Positions 20,308 through 30,576 of a stretch of DNA of 64,000 nt are shown piece by piece. Source of the stretch: an uncultured bacterium (GTDB lineage Bacteria; Patescibacteriota; Minisyncoccia; Phycocordibacterales; CAIZLB01); assembly GCA_903936565.1 (NCBI GenBank), contig CAIZVZ010000012.1:3778-67777 (forward strand), given 5' to 3'. Both the position numbers and the translations under genes were made by a program. Position 1 is the first letter of the stretch; each line of letters begins with the position of its first letter. Under the pieces are notes generated by a model. The model was not told the origin of the DNA and searched no databases. It worked only from the letters and a program-made list of their open reading frames with translations.

Positions 20308-21657
20308 CTAAAAGCCTATCATGCTTTTGGATGGGGTACAATTGGGTGCTGTACAGGTTGGGTGTATGTAGGGTTCGTGGGTGTGCGGGAGCTGTGGAGT
20401 GTGGTGTTTAATAGGAAACTCCACCTCAAACGCCGTTCCTTTGCCTAATCTACTTTTTACGCTAATCGTACCGTTGAAATATTTTTCTACAATGTGCTTT
20501 GTTGATGATAATCCAATACCGCATCCATGTTCTTCTTTGGTCGTGTAGAATGGTTCAAATATATTTGGAATGATTTCTTCTCTGATTCCGCTTCCATTGT
20601 CTATTGCTTTAATATTTATTTTTTCGCTTTTAATCTTTGTTTTTATCAAAACTATTTTGTTCTTTAGTGGGGTGGGGGATTGTGCTTTGCTTAATCCGAT
20701 ATACAGGTCGGCGGGTGAGACTTGAAGTTGGTAAACATTAGAATTTATTTGTCTGTCTGCATGAGCGTCAATTCCATTTGATAACAGATTCATAATAATA
20801 TGAGAAAAAAGAACCTGCGGGCCATATAATTCCTGTAACTTATTTTTATTTGATAATATTAATTTTACATCACCCTTGATAGCTTTTGATTTTAAAAGTT
20901 CCATTGCTGAAAGTATTTCTTGTTCAATATAGAAGGTGGTACTTAAATCGTTTATCTTAATGTGCTTTCTTGATTGTTGAATGAGATTCTCAATTTTTTT
21001 AATTGAGGGGATTAGCTTCGTCATCGAATCTTTAACTTCTTCAACTTTATGTATTTGTAAATTAAGGGCAATGTTGGTTAAGGGGGTCATTATGTCGTGA
21101 AAAAGTCCAGAAGATATTCTTCCAAATTCGACTAGTCTGTACATGGAGTTTATCTTGTCTATTTGCAGTCTGTTGATTTCATCTGTTCTTTCTTTGACTT
21201 TAATCTCGAGATTATCTTTTTCGAATTGAAGCTTGGATTCGGATTCTCGATATTTTATAAGGGTTTTCTCGAGTTGATTGTTAGATAGCCAAGAAAATAG
21301 GGCTGCGAAGATAAGGAGAGAGGAGTATTCTAGGATGTCGAGAGTATTGAAGTTCGCAGTTTTCCAGTCATAATTTGGTACTATGATGTGATTAGAGTTT
21401 AGGTATTGAAAAAGAAAAAGGTGAAGAATGAGGATGGCGGCGGAGATCAATCCTGCTTTGGAATTTATGAGAATACCTGAAATTATGACTACCACAAATG
21501 ACGTTATAAGTATTGTTGGTAAATCAGCACCCCAATTGATTGAACCATAAAGTATACATCCGTATATTAGAAGTAATATCATCAGGCTGCTGGGTAGTAG
21601 TTTGCCCTGCTTAGTGCTTTTGTTAATATCTTTTTTGTAAATGAATGGTTTGTGCAT
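20308..21657 (-). CDS. Membrane sensor histidine kinase
   Basis: Several TM helices; H-box GLFHDIMTPL, N-box NLLSNGIDA, DNGSGI, FEPFYTTK and GCGIGL. Confidence 0.92.
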   Translation of the reverse strand: MHKPFIYKKDINKSTKQGKLLPSSLMILLLIYGCILYGSINWGADLPTILITSFVVVIISGILINSKAGLISAAILILHLFLFQYLNSNHIIVPNYDWKTANFNTLDILEYSSLLIFAALFSWLSNNQLEKTLIKYRESESKLQFEKDNLEIKVKERTDEINRLQIDKINSMYRLVEFGRISSGLFHDIMTPLTNIALNLQIHKVEEVKDSMTKLIPSIKKIENLIQQSRKHIKINDLSTTFYIEQEILSAMELLKSKAIKGDVKLILSNKNKLQELYGPQVLFSHIIMNLLSNGIDAHADRQINSNVYQLQVSPADLYIGLSKAQSPTPLKNKIVLIKTKIKSEKINIKAIDNGSGIREEIIPNIFEPFYTTKEEHGCGIGLSSTKHIVEKYFNGTISVKSRLGKGTAFEVEFPIKHHTPQLPHTHEPYIHPTCTAPNCTPSKSMIGF

Positions 21658-21961
21658 TGTTTTTGAATAATGTGTGTGTCTGTCAATTAATTATAGATAA
21701 TTTAGTCATAATTACCAACGTAGTATTTTTAGTAATAAGGCTCAAATCTTTGGACTATATCTTCAAAATATAGTCCAAAATTTAACTCTTAGAATTAGAA
21801 TACAAAATCATAAACACGCCGGGAATACTCGACAGTATTCCGAAAAAAAACATACCACTAAGTGCATAATGCTTCTATAAATATTTTCTAAATAATTTCA
21901 GAAATTTTTATTTAGGTCAAAATATTAAATAGCCAATATGGTATATATAGTATTTATTATA

Positions 21962-22633
21962 CTACTTAGATCGCCCCAGCTTATACCCCCGACCGTTTAT
22001 TGTATGAATAATCCTTTTATCCTTAGACTCAATCTTTTTTCTGAGATTCCTGACGTGCGTTTCAATCGTATTGGTAAAAGGACTCGCGTCTCTATCCCAC
22101 ACTTCCTCTAGTAATTTACTTCTCGTTATAACCTTACCTTCATTCCTGGCAAAGCACCTGAGCAACATGTATTCTCTTCTCGTTAAGTAAACATCCGAGC
22201 CGGCCTTGGTTACTGTTTGACTGCTTGTATTAATCGTCAAATCATCAAGTGTCATGACATCATCAGAAATGTCATATGGTCTTTTGATAAGAGCATTAAC
22301 CCTTGCGATGAGCTCTTCAATATTAAAAGGCTTGGTAATATAATCATCTGCTCCAATATTAAGCATTGCAACCTTATCAGGCACTTCGGATTGAGATGAC
22401 ACAACAAGTATTGGACATGTAATACCTTCACCTCTAATTTCTTTACAAATTGTCACTCCACTTTTGTCTGGCAGTATTAAATCTAACAATATTAATTTGT
22501 ATTTATTAATTCTGGCAATATATGACCCACTTTTGCCATCATGTGCGGTGTCAACGCTGAAGCAATGGGCCTCGAGTGCCTTCTTGATTGTCTGGGCTAA
22601 AAAAATATCATCTTCGATAATAAGTATTTTCAT
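21962..22633 (-). CDS. OmpR/PhoB-family response regulator
   Basis: ILIIEDD, LLDLILP, GADDYITKPF, LTRREY and HVRNLRKKI..GRGY. Confidence 0.95.
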   Translation of the reverse strand: MKILIIEDDIFLAQTIKKALEAHCFSVDTAHDGKSGSYIARINKYKLILLDLILPDKSGVTICKEIRGEGITCPILVVSSQSEVPDKVAMLNIGADDYITKPFNIEELIARVNALIKRPYDISDDVMTLDDLTINTSSQTVTKAGSDVYLTRREYMLLRCFARNEGKVITRSKLLEEVWDRDASPFTNTIETHVRNLRKKIESKDKRIIHTINGRGYKLGRSK

Positions 22634-22965
22634 TTTTATAAATTAATTTGATAACACTAATATTAAACCATTTTGACCCTAAGCAAAACTTAAAGAAAAA
22701 GTGGGTGATGGGGATAAGTTTGTGGATATCATTTGAGTCCCTTGGCGAGACTTTACTTATCCTTGGTTTGAGGTATAGTTCTGGTGTTATAGTTCCTTTT
22801 AAAAGCGTGATTTTGGGACAACTTGTTTTGCTTTATGACATTGAATTGCGGCCCATCACTTGACTGTATCTTTAAGGGTATTTTTGTACCTTAAAAGATG
22901 CAGTCCAAGCGGGACTGCTGTCTAGAGTAGAGAGTAATAACCATCAACATCACGTAATTGTAATT

Positions 22966-23376
22966 ATGAAGAACAAACTATTGGAAATGGCTATCTTAGC
23001 CAGACATCTCAAGGCAATGTTGGGTGGACATACGATGTCCAATGAGGCTCATGCCACCCAGATGGCGGCTGTAGTCGGCCGACTGTTTGAACAACATGTT
23101 CCTGCGGCCATCAAGATGCACTTCGCCGATCCTGAATCTGCAAACAACGGGTCCTACGATTCGTTTGACAGGACGACGGCTGGTGTTCGTACGCGTGCTT
23201 ATGAGTATCATCATGGTTCCCAGTTATACTTCAACCTGCGTGTGGAAACCGTAGAGGGGGCGATCATGGTCCTCTGTGACGATTCCTTCACGGCAGAAGA
23301 AATTGCTGAGGCTTCACGTTTGCCTCTTGACGCATTGCTTGAGCAGAGTGTCGCTACCACTGCTGGACCAGCCTGA
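22966..23376 (+). CDS. Orphan hypothetical protein
   Basis: 136-aa ORF with a leader hairpin (22862-22905) and a 3' hairpin. Confidence 0.6.
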   Translation: MKNKLLEMAILARHLKAMLGGHTMSNEAHATQMAAVVGRLFEQHVPAAIKMHFADPESANNGSYDSFDRTTAGVRTRAYEYHHGSQLYFNLRVETVEGAIMVLCDDSFTAEEIAEASRLPLDALLEQSVATTAGPA

Positions 23377-23380
23377 AATC

Positions 23381-23429
23381 AACCCGCCCTATGGAGCCCG
23401 CCGCGAGGCACCTCCAAACGGCGGGTTTT
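23381..23429 (+). terminator. Interrupted GC hairpin terminator
   Basis: AACCCGCC..TGGAG..GCC GCGA GGC..CTCCA..GGCGGGTTTT. Confidence 0.6.
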
Positions 23430-23444
23430 CCTATTAAATATTTT

Positions 23445-24302
23445 TTATACAATTCCTAGCTTTTCTTTAATTAATTTTAAGGAAGTTGCATACGCAATAC
23501 AAAGTGGAATATTTTTGTCCCAATTCATATTGCCATTGATTATTCCAATCACAGTGTTACTTCCTTCGACAAATAACGGCGCACCGCTATTTCCTCCGAG
23601 GTTGATAGAATTTAATTGAATGTGTTCGTGGACTCCTCCAGCGACAGCTGTTAGAGGCATAGCTGAAACCACAGCTCGATTAACTGAAAAAGGATATTGA
23701 GTTGGATTATCATAGCCACCAGTCATCTGAAATCCGCAGAAGAAAGTAGATTCATCATATTCGGGAGTGTATTTATCGTCGAGTAAAAAGAATGGTGTTC
23801 CGTTTTTCGTAATCTCGCTTTTCTCAAAATCAGCTTTTATAATTTGAAGTATGGCAACATCAAGGTGCTCATCAATTTTTTTGATTTCTGCTATAACTCT
23901 ATTTCCATTTGAAAGTTCAATCTGAAGAGTCATGATGGATTGAGTGATGTAGTTTTGGAATTTTATGTGTTTAGATTCATTATCTATATCCCTGTAGTTT
24001 GAAGTGTTGGAATCAGCTGAAACACTAATACTAGATTCTGATGCGTCCACGAGACTACCGGTGACTCTAAAATCTATTGATTCAAGATTCCGTAGTTCCG
24101 TCCCGGCGATTACATGTGCACAGGTTAGAATTTCTCCATCTTTGCTTATAAAAAAACCGGTGCCTGTGGAGGTGTTTCCATTTCTCATTTGAACTATTAC
24201 TCGAACTAGTCGCTCGCGCTTGTAGGGGACATTGTTTTTTATTTTTCTATCTCCTCCGTTTTGCATATTAATATTTGTATCAGTATTTTGATTTTGTTCC
24301 AT
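23445..24302 (-). CDS. Trypsin-like serine protease, no obvious signal peptide
   Basis: GTGFFIS, LTCAHV, DVAIL and GNSGAPL (H-D-S triad). Confidence 0.88.
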   Translation of the reverse strand: MEQNQNTDTNINMQNGGDRKIKNNVPYKRERLVRVIVQMRNGNTSTGTGFFISKDGEILTCAHVIAGTELRNLESIDFRVTGSLVDASESSISVSADSNTSNYRDIDNESKHIKFQNYITQSIMTLQIELSNGNRVIAEIKKIDEHLDVAILQIIKADFEKSEITKNGTPFFLLDDKYTPEYDESTFFCGFQMTGGYDNPTQYPFSVNRAVVSAMPLTAVAGGVHEHIQLNSINLGGNSGAPLFVEGSNTVIGIINGNMNWDKNIPLCIAYATSLKLIKEKLGIV

Positions 24303-24450
24303 GATTTAGATATTGTAGCATTAAATCGGGGGAGGTTCATGGATTGGGAATAGTGTTAAGAAGGAACGTTTGGCAAAGACGGGTACAGTGATGGCGACAT
24401 CACACACTTGAAGATGTTCTGGCCGGGCTTACTCATGGTATAATCTAACT

Positions 24451-25776
24451 ATGGAACCAGAAAGGGCACAAAACATAACTTCACCAATCGAAACTCATAA
24501 CGTTCATGAAAGAAATATCTTACTTGATGGGAAGATAAATTTAATTTCGTTGCATTATGCTGACAGAAAATATCAAGAGATTAAAAGGGAAGAACCTAAT
24601 TATAAATTTCATGAAGCTCTAAAAGATTATACTGAGATACCGTGGAATATAGTGAAAGGTTTGCGTAGATTAGAGGGGTTTGATTTAAATGATCATAAAA
24701 AATCGCTGGATTTATTTCTCGCCTCTTTTTTTGAAAAAATTGATTTATTATATGAAGAAGTAGGTTTTGATTTAGATAGAATTCTAGAATTAGTTGAGGT
24801 TGCCAAGGGTTCTGTTGCGCAATACTTAGGCGTTGAAAATTATAAAAAAATAGAAATAAAAGATGGTCCTGAAGAAAAAGGTGAAAACGGTTTGGTGTAT
24901 TTTGAGAATATTGATTCAATCGGAGGGTCTGACGATGGAAGATGGTCTGGTCTTAAAAAGGTAGGTTTTTCTAAGTACTCCAAATTAACTGAGATTCATG
25001 TTCGTGATTTTTACAAAACAGGCCGAGACAGAGCCGGTTTAGAATTGATAAAGAAAGATCTTGAAAGGGTGGCGGTAAGTATTATCGATAAAGCACCTGA
25101 TACTGCTGCTGTTGTCGGTGCTTCATGGTTGATGAGCACTCCCATAGCTAAAGCGTTGGGTTTTATTAAAATTCCTGGGGAGGATGACAGCGATGAAGAA
25201 AGATTGCGGAGGGGTGAGAAAAGGAAAAGAGAAAATGATCCATCTACTTGGTCGCAGTTTGTTGGTAAGGATGGACAGATAAATCAAAAGAGATTTGATG
25301 AATTTCAGGCGACAGGAAAGATTCCATTTAAAAGTGTTAAGGCCTATATTCCTGTAGAAGATTTTTTAAGGCGGTATTTGCCAACCGAGCGTCGTGGAGA
25401 GGTGGTTTTGAAAGTGTTGAGAGAGGATCACGAAGATATTGAAGCAGAAAATAATGCTATAGCTAACACACTTAAGCAGGATTGGGATGAATTATTGGGA
25501 GATCCTGTGTGGGGTGCTAAAAGTTTTGGAGCAGAAGGGAGTGATGATGATTTTCTGCAATCTTTCATAGCCAATCCAAATACTCAGAAATTCCTTAGTT
25601 TACTTGAGGCTGACGATAGGGAGGTTGTAATCAGTTTTTTTGGGGAGATGTATTCTAAAAAGATTCCTGTGAAAGAATTTAATCAATACAGAGTTGGTAA
25701 GTTTGAAATGATGAAGGGGTTAGGAATGAAAATGTCGAATCGAAAATATATTGAGAAGAAAGTTATGATAGATTAA
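24451..25776 (+). CDS. Hypothetical protein
   Basis: 441-aa ORF; TGGTATAAT lies 6 nt upstream of the ATG. Confidence 0.75.
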   Translation: MEPERAQNITSPIETHNVHERNILLDGKINLISLHYADRKYQEIKREEPNYKFHEALKDYTEIPWNIVKGLRRLEGFDLNDHKKSLDLFLASFFEKIDLLYEEVGFDLDRILELVEVAKGSVAQYLGVENYKKIEIKDGPEEKGENGLVYFENIDSIGGSDDGRWSGLKKVGFSKYSKLTEIHVRDFYKTGRDRAGLELIKKDLERVAVSIIDKAPDTAAVVGASWLMSTPIAKALGFIKIPGEDDSDEERLRRGEKRKRENDPSTWSQFVGKDGQINQKRFDEFQATGKIPFKSVKAYIPVEDFLRRYLPTERRGEVVLKVLREDHEDIEAENNAIANTLKQDWDELLGDPVWGAKSFGAEGSDDDFLQSFIANPNTQKFLSLLEADDREVVISFFGEMYSKKIPVKEFNQYRVGKFEMMKGLGMKMSNRKYIEKKVMID

Positions 25777-25796
25777 GTATCTCGATCTAATAATAC

Positions 25797-25823
25797 AAAA
25801 CCTCCGTATACGGTATACGGAGG
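25797..25823 (-). terminator. Hairpin between convergent genes
   Basis: AAAA-CCTCCGTATA-CGG-TATACGGAGG. Confidence 0.6.
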
Positions 25824-25868
25824 GGTGGACTACAAAATTTAAATTTTTTTGTCTTGTCACTTTTGCTG

Positions 25869-26489
25869 TCAGGTCTCTACTGGCTCAACAATACTGAAAA
25901 GGTGAAGGCTTGCTCGCGCAGCTTTTAGGGTTTCTTCTGCTGCTTTCAAGTCATCAGTTGCGTAGATTACATCCGCACTGACTTTACCTTGGCGATTCAC
26001 CAGTAATTTAATGAGTGCTTCATAAGCGTCAATTTGCCGACGCATTTCCTCCAGGTTACTCAAGACTGAGGTAGTAGTCGTTTTCCGCCTCCTTCTTGTC
26101 GTTCGCCAAGTGCACTCGATTGGGTCAATCTTCTCCCAAGCCTCATTAAAGTCTTGGAAAATCTTCCAATGCTTAACGCACTCTTTGTTTGCCTTGCGAA
26201 AGAATGTGACGCCAAGTAGGGTGCCAAGTGAAAAGAAGGACTCAACGGTGACATAACACCGAATCGGCATCGATTGCTTATAGGTGAAGACCGTTACGGC
26301 GGTAGTTATCATTAGTCCCAACAAGGCAAGACTGGCTAGCCATTTAAAGATTTTGGCGGACCTTTCTGCGGATGCTAGGAGCTTTGCTTCTTTCTCAAGG
26401 TTTACGCCAACGTTTCTTTCGTAGGCCGCCACTAGTCCAATGAACATCCGGTTAAGGATTTGTTCGTATCTGTTTCTTTTTGGTTTCAA
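25869..26489 (-). CDS. Orphan two-TM membrane protein with C-terminal coiled coil
   Basis: 206-aa ORF with two hydrophobic segments. Confidence 0.6.
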   Translation of the reverse strand: MKPKRNRYEQILNRMFIGLVAAYERNVGVNLEKEAKLLASAERSAKIFKWLASLALLGLMITTAVTVFTYKQSMPIRCYVTVESFFSLGTLLGVTFFRKANKECVKHWKIFQDFNEAWEKIDPIECTWRTTRRRRKTTTTSVLSNLEEMRRQIDAYEALIKLLVNRQGKVSADVIYATDDLKAAEETLKAARASLHLFSIVEPVET

Positions 26490-26642
26490 TGTATGCGTGT
26501 GTTCTAATGCCAGAAATTATGATTATGGGATTAATATATCCTCTATGTCGACCAATTGCGATCAACTTAGAACAACCGTAAGGAGGTTGTCATATTCTCT
26601 GAATAGTATTGGCAAAGCTATTCTGTGAGAGATTGTGACATG

Positions 26643-26672
26643 AAATACACCGCTTGGTCAAGCGGTGTATTT
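26643..26672 (-). terminator. Hairpin terminator of the dsbA-like gene
   Basis: AAATACACCGCTTG-GT-CAAGCGGTGTATTT. Confidence 0.65.
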
Positions 26673-26698
26673 ATGCTTTTTGCTTGTGGCAGTAAAAA

Positions 26699-27430
26699 TT
26701 ATTTAATCAGTTGATCAAGTATTTGCTTCATTTGAGGATATGTTAGTGCACCTAGTCCACTTCCGTCTTTGTCAACCAGTGGTACATTCTTTCCATCCAT
26801 TACAAGCACAGCATAAGGGGTTCCTTCAACGCCAGCTTTTTTTGCTGCCAATATTTGTTCGTTAATCTTGGTTGCATATTTTCCACTATCCAAACATGCT
26901 TTAAATGCTTTTGCGTTTAATCCAACAGTGTCCGCAAAATCATAAAGATTTGCTAGATCAAGCCCGTTGTTTGTAGGTGTGTTACTAAACACTTCTGCTA
27001 GATATTTCCAAAATACAACATTACCACCAAGTTCTGCCGCACACTCCGTTGCCTCAGCTTCTTTTGGTGCCTTGCTGTGAAGCTCAACTATTGGAGAATG
27101 TCTAAAGACCCAGGCTAATTTTCCACTTGCCTTATTCTCATCGTACAATTTTGAAAGTGTCTCGTGATAAACTTTACAGAAAGGACACTCTAAATCTGAA
27201 TATTCAATAATTGTAACCTTTGCTGTTTTAGGATCTCCCAAAACGTGATCTGCTGAGGTTATAGGTTCAATTACGGCTGCCGCCTTTATTGGAGATGTCC
27301 CATCAACTTTTTTGGAAGTTCCACTCATATAAATTCCACCCGATATTAATGCACCAGCGATTATGATGGCGATTGGTATAATCATTGTTTGCAATGACAT
27401 ATTACTTTGTTTTTGTTCGGTATTTTCCAT
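26699..27430 (-). CDS. DsbA-family oxidoreductase
   Basis: TM anchor, EYSDLECPFC and GVEGTP. Confidence 0.92.
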   Translation of the reverse strand: MENTEQKQSNMSLQTMIIPIAIIIAGALISGGIYMSGTSKKVDGTSPIKAAAVIEPITSADHVLGDPKTAKVTIIEYSDLECPFCKVYHETLSKLYDENKASGKLAWVFRHSPIVELHSKAPKEAEATECAAELGGNVVFWKYLAEVFSNTPTNNGLDLANLYDFADTVGLNAKAFKACLDSGKYATKINEQILAAKKAGVEGTPYAVLVMDGKNVPLVDKDGSGLGALTYPQMKQILDQLIK

Positions 27431-27455
27431 ATTGTTTATTATATCAAAATTAATA

Positions 27456-28031
27456 TTAAAAGGGTAATGTAAAATTCATCTTGTTTTCCCCCGTATCCTC
27501 CCAATCTTTGGTGTCCATTGGAAATTCAATTATCGCTTCACCTTCCTTATATTTAAGCTTCTTGTTGGCGATAGCATAATCATGAACTTCTTTGGTTATT
27601 TTTACGTCATCTAAACAGTATTTGATTATTTTATCAATCTCGCCTTTTTTCCACCATTCAACCGCTTCAAGTCCATGGGCACTTTTACCAGCGTTTAATG
27701 TTCCCTGTGCGATCACTCCAAGTCCTACGCGGAAGCCTAGAGATTTCTTAACCTCCTTCAGTAGGTCCAGACTTTTCTTTTGCAACAGGTTGCCGTGATA
27801 ATATTTGTTGAGCAGGGGGATGTCAAAGTGATCGCCGTTGAAGGTTACCAGAACATCGGATTGCTCAATTAGTGGCCATAATTTATGTAATTCTTCCTGT
27901 GTGTAGCTAGAATAGGTCTCGGTTTCTGAATCATATGCACAAACAACTGAGATATCTAGTGCTGCCGGGTCGGCCTTGCCAACCTCCTGAAATGTGTTTC
28001 TGGTTTCAATGTCAAAAAAAAGTTTTCTCAT
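27456..28031 (-). CDS. RNase H-like (YprB/DEDD-type) exonuclease
   Basis: FFDIET, VTFNGDHFDIP and YCLDDV. Confidence 0.85.
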   Translation of the reverse strand: MRKLFFDIETRNTFQEVGKADPAALDISVVCAYDSETETYSSYTQEELHKLWPLIEQSDVLVTFNGDHFDIPLLNKYYHGNLLQKKSLDLLKEVKKSLGFRVGLGVIAQGTLNAGKSAHGLEAVEWWKKGEIDKIIKYCLDDVKITKEVHDYAIANKKLKYKEGEAIIEFPMDTKDWEDTGENKMNFTLPF

Positions 28032-28065
28032 ATTTTTTAATTTAGTGGTATTATTGTATCCTAAT

Positions 28066-28920
28066 ATGAGCAATTTAGACAATCAAATGAAGCATACACA
28101 AAGTGATGTTTTTGTGGCATATAAAAATGAGGGGGAGACACCGCTCGAGTGTCTTAATCGTCTGAAGGATGAGGGTTTTTTGCCATTTAATGATAAATTC
28201 ACTTATGCTGGACGCCTTGACCCCATGGCTGAAGGGTTGATGATATATTTGAGGGGTGAGGCCATAAAGTCTAAACATGAGTTTTTGGGGCTGAGTAAGG
28301 AGTATGAAGTGGAGATCTTACTAGGGGTGAGTACAGATACAGGGGACATTTTGGGTATGGTCAGTGGGACAGTCCTGGGGGACGTGGTGTTTGATTTGAA
28401 GAATGTTCAGAATATTTGTGAATCTTTTGTGGGGGATATGGAAGTGCCGTACCCATGGTTTTCTTCGAAGACTTTGCAGGGTAAGCCGCTATATGAATGG
28501 GCAAGGGAGTTTGCAGAGGAGGATGATGAAGTAAGTGTCAAGGGCGAAGAAGGCCAAGAAATATTTTTAAGACCAATGACTAAATTATCAATTCAGAAAA
28601 TTGAATTTCTTGATTTGAGTTTGATGCCTGTAGAAGTTTTGCATAATAATATTGTAAATAGAATTGCAAAAGTTAAGGGAGATTTTAGACAAGATAAAAT
28701 TTTAAATGAGTGGAATGAAAAAGTTTTTGCAGATAAAATTAAGAAAACAAAAAGCCTGCATAAAAATGAAGAAATAGAATATCCTATTATAAAAATAAAA
28801 GTTAAATGTGCAAGCGGTTCATATATGAGAACTCTTGCAGAATTAATTGGTGATAAATTAAAGGTGCCAGCGCTAGCTTATTCGATTAAGAGATTGGGTG
28901 TGGGGGATTATAGTTTGTAA
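28066..28920 (+). CDS. truB: tRNA pseudouridine55 synthase
   Basis: YAGRLDPMAEG, KEYEVEILLG, GKPLYEWAR and CASGSYMRTLA. Confidence 0.9.
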   Translation: MSNLDNQMKHTQSDVFVAYKNEGETPLECLNRLKDEGFLPFNDKFTYAGRLDPMAEGLMIYLRGEAIKSKHEFLGLSKEYEVEILLGVSTDTGDILGMVSGTVLGDVVFDLKNVQNICESFVGDMEVPYPWFSSKTLQGKPLYEWAREFAEEDDEVSVKGEEGQEIFLRPMTKLSIQKIEFLDLSLMPVEVLHNNIVNRIAKVKGDFRQDKILNEWNEKVFADKIKKTKSLHKNEEIEYPIIKIKVKCASGSYMRTLAELIGDKLKVPALAYSIKRLGVGDYSL

Positions 28921-29100
28921 TGATACGCTAGTTTGACCTTGGGGCTCGGGCGTGTTGTATAAAGTTGTTGTGGATAAACTAATATTCATAATATTGCTAT
29001 TTTTTGTGGTTTTGCTAGCATTATATCTGGGAGAGTTCTTGACCAACAAATGATTTGGATAGACTCTTTCTTTTGCTAACCCTAAACCACTGAAAAGAGA

Positions 29101-29226
29101 ATGAAACACAGACTCGGCACTATGTGCCCTCGAACAGCGACGGATGATTCCGCCACCAAAACCGGTACCGCCTCCAGCAAGACGCGTGGCATCGCCGGCC
29201 TCAACATCGACATCATCGTTCCCTGA
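29101..29226 (+). CDS. Putative 41-aa small protein MKHRLGTMCPRTATDDSATKTGTASSKTRGIAGLNIDIIVP
   Basis: Read manually; preceded by an A/C-rich leader like other orphans and followed by a CCCCCT..AGGGGG hairpin near 29365-29418. Confidence 0.35.
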   Translation: MKHRLGTMCPRTATDDSATKTGTASSKTRGIAGLNIDIIVP

Positions 29227-29510
29227 ACGCGGCCGCATTCACCATGAAAGCTCATCTTGATCAGTTATAGGGGAGTAAGAAAGACGTGCTCCCCAGTCGC
29301 TACTCGCATAAAGACCTGTCTTTATTTTCAACAAGGAAGGCACAGCTCGCTGTTCCATCCTACCGGCCCCCCTGCTCACTTGCTAGTTAAGTCCATGTGG
29401 CTTATAGAGAGGGGGGTTTCCTCTTGCCTATTTTTTTAATACACAAAATATTCCGAAATTCTTTAAGTAATTTTTATAGAGGCATTATGTCCATTTGATA
29501 GTATGTCCCC

Positions 29511-30569
29511 ATGGCACAAGAGCGAGAGGGAAATATTATTGAACCACTATTATATATAAATTCAAAAAACTCAGTCGATCAAGCTGACGCTCTTATTATT
29601 GATGCCATACAATTGAAAGCTTCGGACATTCACATTCAGCCATCAAAAGACAGAACAGAAATTAGGTTCAGAATTAAGGGCCACATGAGTAATGGTCGCT
29701 TCATAAGCTACGGCCAATATATTGAGCTGGTTGGTCGATACAAAATTTTGGCCCAAATGCGAATTGATATTAAAGACATACCGCAAGATGGTAGCTTTGG
29801 TCATGAGGGTTATAGAGTACGCGTTGCTACAATCCCCGGAGTTGATGGGGAGTGTATGGTTCTTCGTATTCTAGATTCCGCCAGTTTACAAATTAAATAT
29901 TTAACTGAGGCGGGAATGTCGTCGAATATCTTTCATAATTTACTTGAAGGTCTACGGGCATCCCCTGGTCTTGTAATTTTTTCTGGTCCAACGGGGAGTG
30001 GTAAGTCAACGAGTGCATATAGTTTGCTCTCGTCTCTGATTGAAGAAAATAAGCAGATACTAACAATCGAGGATCCAGTTGAGAGGAGGATAGAGGGACT
30101 AAGGCAGGTTCAGATACGTCCACAGTCTGGATTCAATTACGCTCAAGCTCTCAAGGCTTCAATGCGACAAGATCCGGATGTAATTTATGTCGGTGAGGTT
30201 AGAGATTCTGACACAATGAAAAGTGTGATGAATCTTGCTCTAACTGGACACACTGTTATTACCACAATTCATGCAAGAGATATAAGAATGACAATCAGAA
30301 GATGTCGATACCTAGGTGCGGATGCATATGAATTATCAATGGTCACAAGAGCAATATTTAATCAAAGACTTGAGAAGGTTCAAAGCGGAGCTCGGTGGAA
30401 TTTTGAACAAATAGCCATGTTTGAAAGTCTCATAAATAACAAAGGGGGCGACGCGCAGTGTGTGTTTATGGATGATCATTCGGTCGGCTCGGGTAACGCT
30501 CAGTATAAACAGGAATTTACTTATGAATCAATGGAGGAGGATAGGGAAAATAAGGCAAGTAATGTGTAA
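29511..30569 (+). CDS. GspE/PilB/ComGA-type secretion ATPase
   Basis: ASDIHIQP, PQDG, GPTGSGKST, TIEDPVE, MRQDPDVIYVGEVRD and TGHTVITTIH. Confidence 0.92.
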   Translation: MAQEREGNIIEPLLYINSKNSVDQADALIIDAIQLKASDIHIQPSKDRTEIRFRIKGHMSNGRFISYGQYIELVGRYKILAQMRIDIKDIPQDGSFGHEGYRVRVATIPGVDGECMVLRILDSASLQIKYLTEAGMSSNIFHNLLEGLRASPGLVIFSGPTGSGKSTSAYSLLSSLIEENKQILTIEDPVERRIEGLRQVQIRPQSGFNYAQALKASMRQDPDVIYVGEVRDSDTMKSVMNLALTGHTVITTIHARDIRMTIRRCRYLGADAYELSMVTRAIFNQRLEKVQSGARWNFEQIAMFESLINNKGGDAQCVFMDDHSVGSGNAQYKQEFTYESMEEDRENKASNV

Positions 30570-30576
30570 TAAAAAT

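Noticed and set aside
28873-29238. 121-aa minus-strand ORF
   Set aside because: Overlaps the truB 3' end and runs through promoter-like AT-rich DNA; the plus-strand small ORF fits the local signals better
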